Source: Enoplolaimus lenunculus
Taxonomy: Eukaryota
NCBI GenBank assembly: GCA_030248215.1
Contig: JASANG010000727.1
Location: 434,001-498,000, forward strand
DNA: 64,000 nt
Reading direction: 5' to 3'
Shown piece by piece: positions 1 through 64,000 of this stretch. The notes beneath the pieces were generated by a model. The model was not told where the DNA came from. It was given only the letters and a program-made list of their open reading frames with translations, and ran no database searches. The position numbers were made by a program, and so were the translations under genes. Each line of letters opens with the position of its first letter. The stretch's first letter is position 1.

Positions 1-1075
1 TTTTTAAAATCAAATTTCTTAACCTGATCTATTTTCTGGTTCTGAATATTTTTCAAACAACTCTCGAAAAAACCTAAACACTTTGTATCATTCACCATGT
101 TGCGGTAATTACAAACGCATTGATTTGGTTAACGGTTTATTTTAGGCCAACATGGCGAATAAAGAAAGTAATTTAAGCAAGCATTTTTAATATTTTTTCA
201 CTAATAAAGAGAACATGTTCTTTCTCGATGTACGCGTATCGCTCTGATTCAGTGACACGGCCGGTTAATGTAGCCAGAGGCTCCTTAAGGTGTGGTTTAA
301 GGTTTGGTTTTAGTTTATGTTTTAGTTTTTAAACTGAAAGAAGGTTTAAGAGTGGCAGAGCCACCTACAGTGACGTATATGTTATGTTATATAACAATTT
401 AGAACGAGGTTTCTTTTGTTACAAACTTAAAAAGTTCGTAAAACCCCCTGGACAAAAATCATAAAAGCGGGTGGTTCGACCACTACCCCCCAAGACCAGA
501 GTTTTGTGTGTTATTTACAAAAACTAAGTATTATTCAACCGATACACTTCTCTACTCACGAGTTCCAGTATTTGTACGGACGGCTCATGTAAAAATCAGA
601 GTCGGAACGTTTTACTGTGGGAGCAGAATAGAGTAAGCTTAAATTTTAGACTATTTTTGTTTCGCGTAGGCTTAGGCTTAGGCTTTAGGCTTAGGCTTAG
701 GAATAAACTCATTCTTACGCTTAGACTTAGGCTTAGGCTTTAGGCTTAGGCTTAGGAATAAACTCATTCTTACGCTTAGACTTAGGCTTAGTTTTAGGCT
801 TAGGAATATGCGTATAATACTGTTCCAGCCTTGTTCTGTCCATTGGCCGCACGGACTAAGACTAAGGGATTATATTTAAGTATAAATACAAATACATATA
901 TATTTATGTATATATTATATAATACAGGTACACCTATATATTGATATATATTTATTTATTTATTTATGTGCACGTATATATGTATTTATATATCGGATAT
1001 ACATGCCGAAATTTCGTGTCGAACGTGAAAAGTACCGGCTCACTCTAACCGTGCTGCCCCGTCGTTTTACCATAC

Positions 1076-64000
<62,925 letters not shown>

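Overview
AT-rich animal (invertebrate-like) genomic DNA; the taxon cannot be fixed from this window. The whole 64 kb lies inside one large minus-strand gene. I read 50 complete exons plus 1 partial exon (117-150 nt). Each encodes exactly one six-cysteine calcium-binding EGF (cbEGF) domain and each is bounded AG...GT in phase 1-1, giving about 2,170 aa of uninterrupted cbEGF with no start, stop, TB, TM or other domain in view. Exons are labelled L1-L51 from left to right; transcription runs L51 to L1. Exon lengths and sequences show higher-order repeats, including an 8-domain unit. Several exon 3' ends or splice donors have been locally duplicated, amplified or pseudogenised. The introns are packed with short non-autonomous DNA transposons: about 30 GG-terminal, 8-bp-TSD elements carrying variable (TTAGGC)n tracts; 8 TTAA-flanked elements carrying a tRNA-Gly(CCC)-like cassette; CACTG-terminal, hAT-like, Harbinger-like and Helitron-like elements; plus mini- and microsatellites. 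Almost all other ORF-track entries are spurious. Coordinates were counted by hand; repeat boundaries may be off by a few bases.
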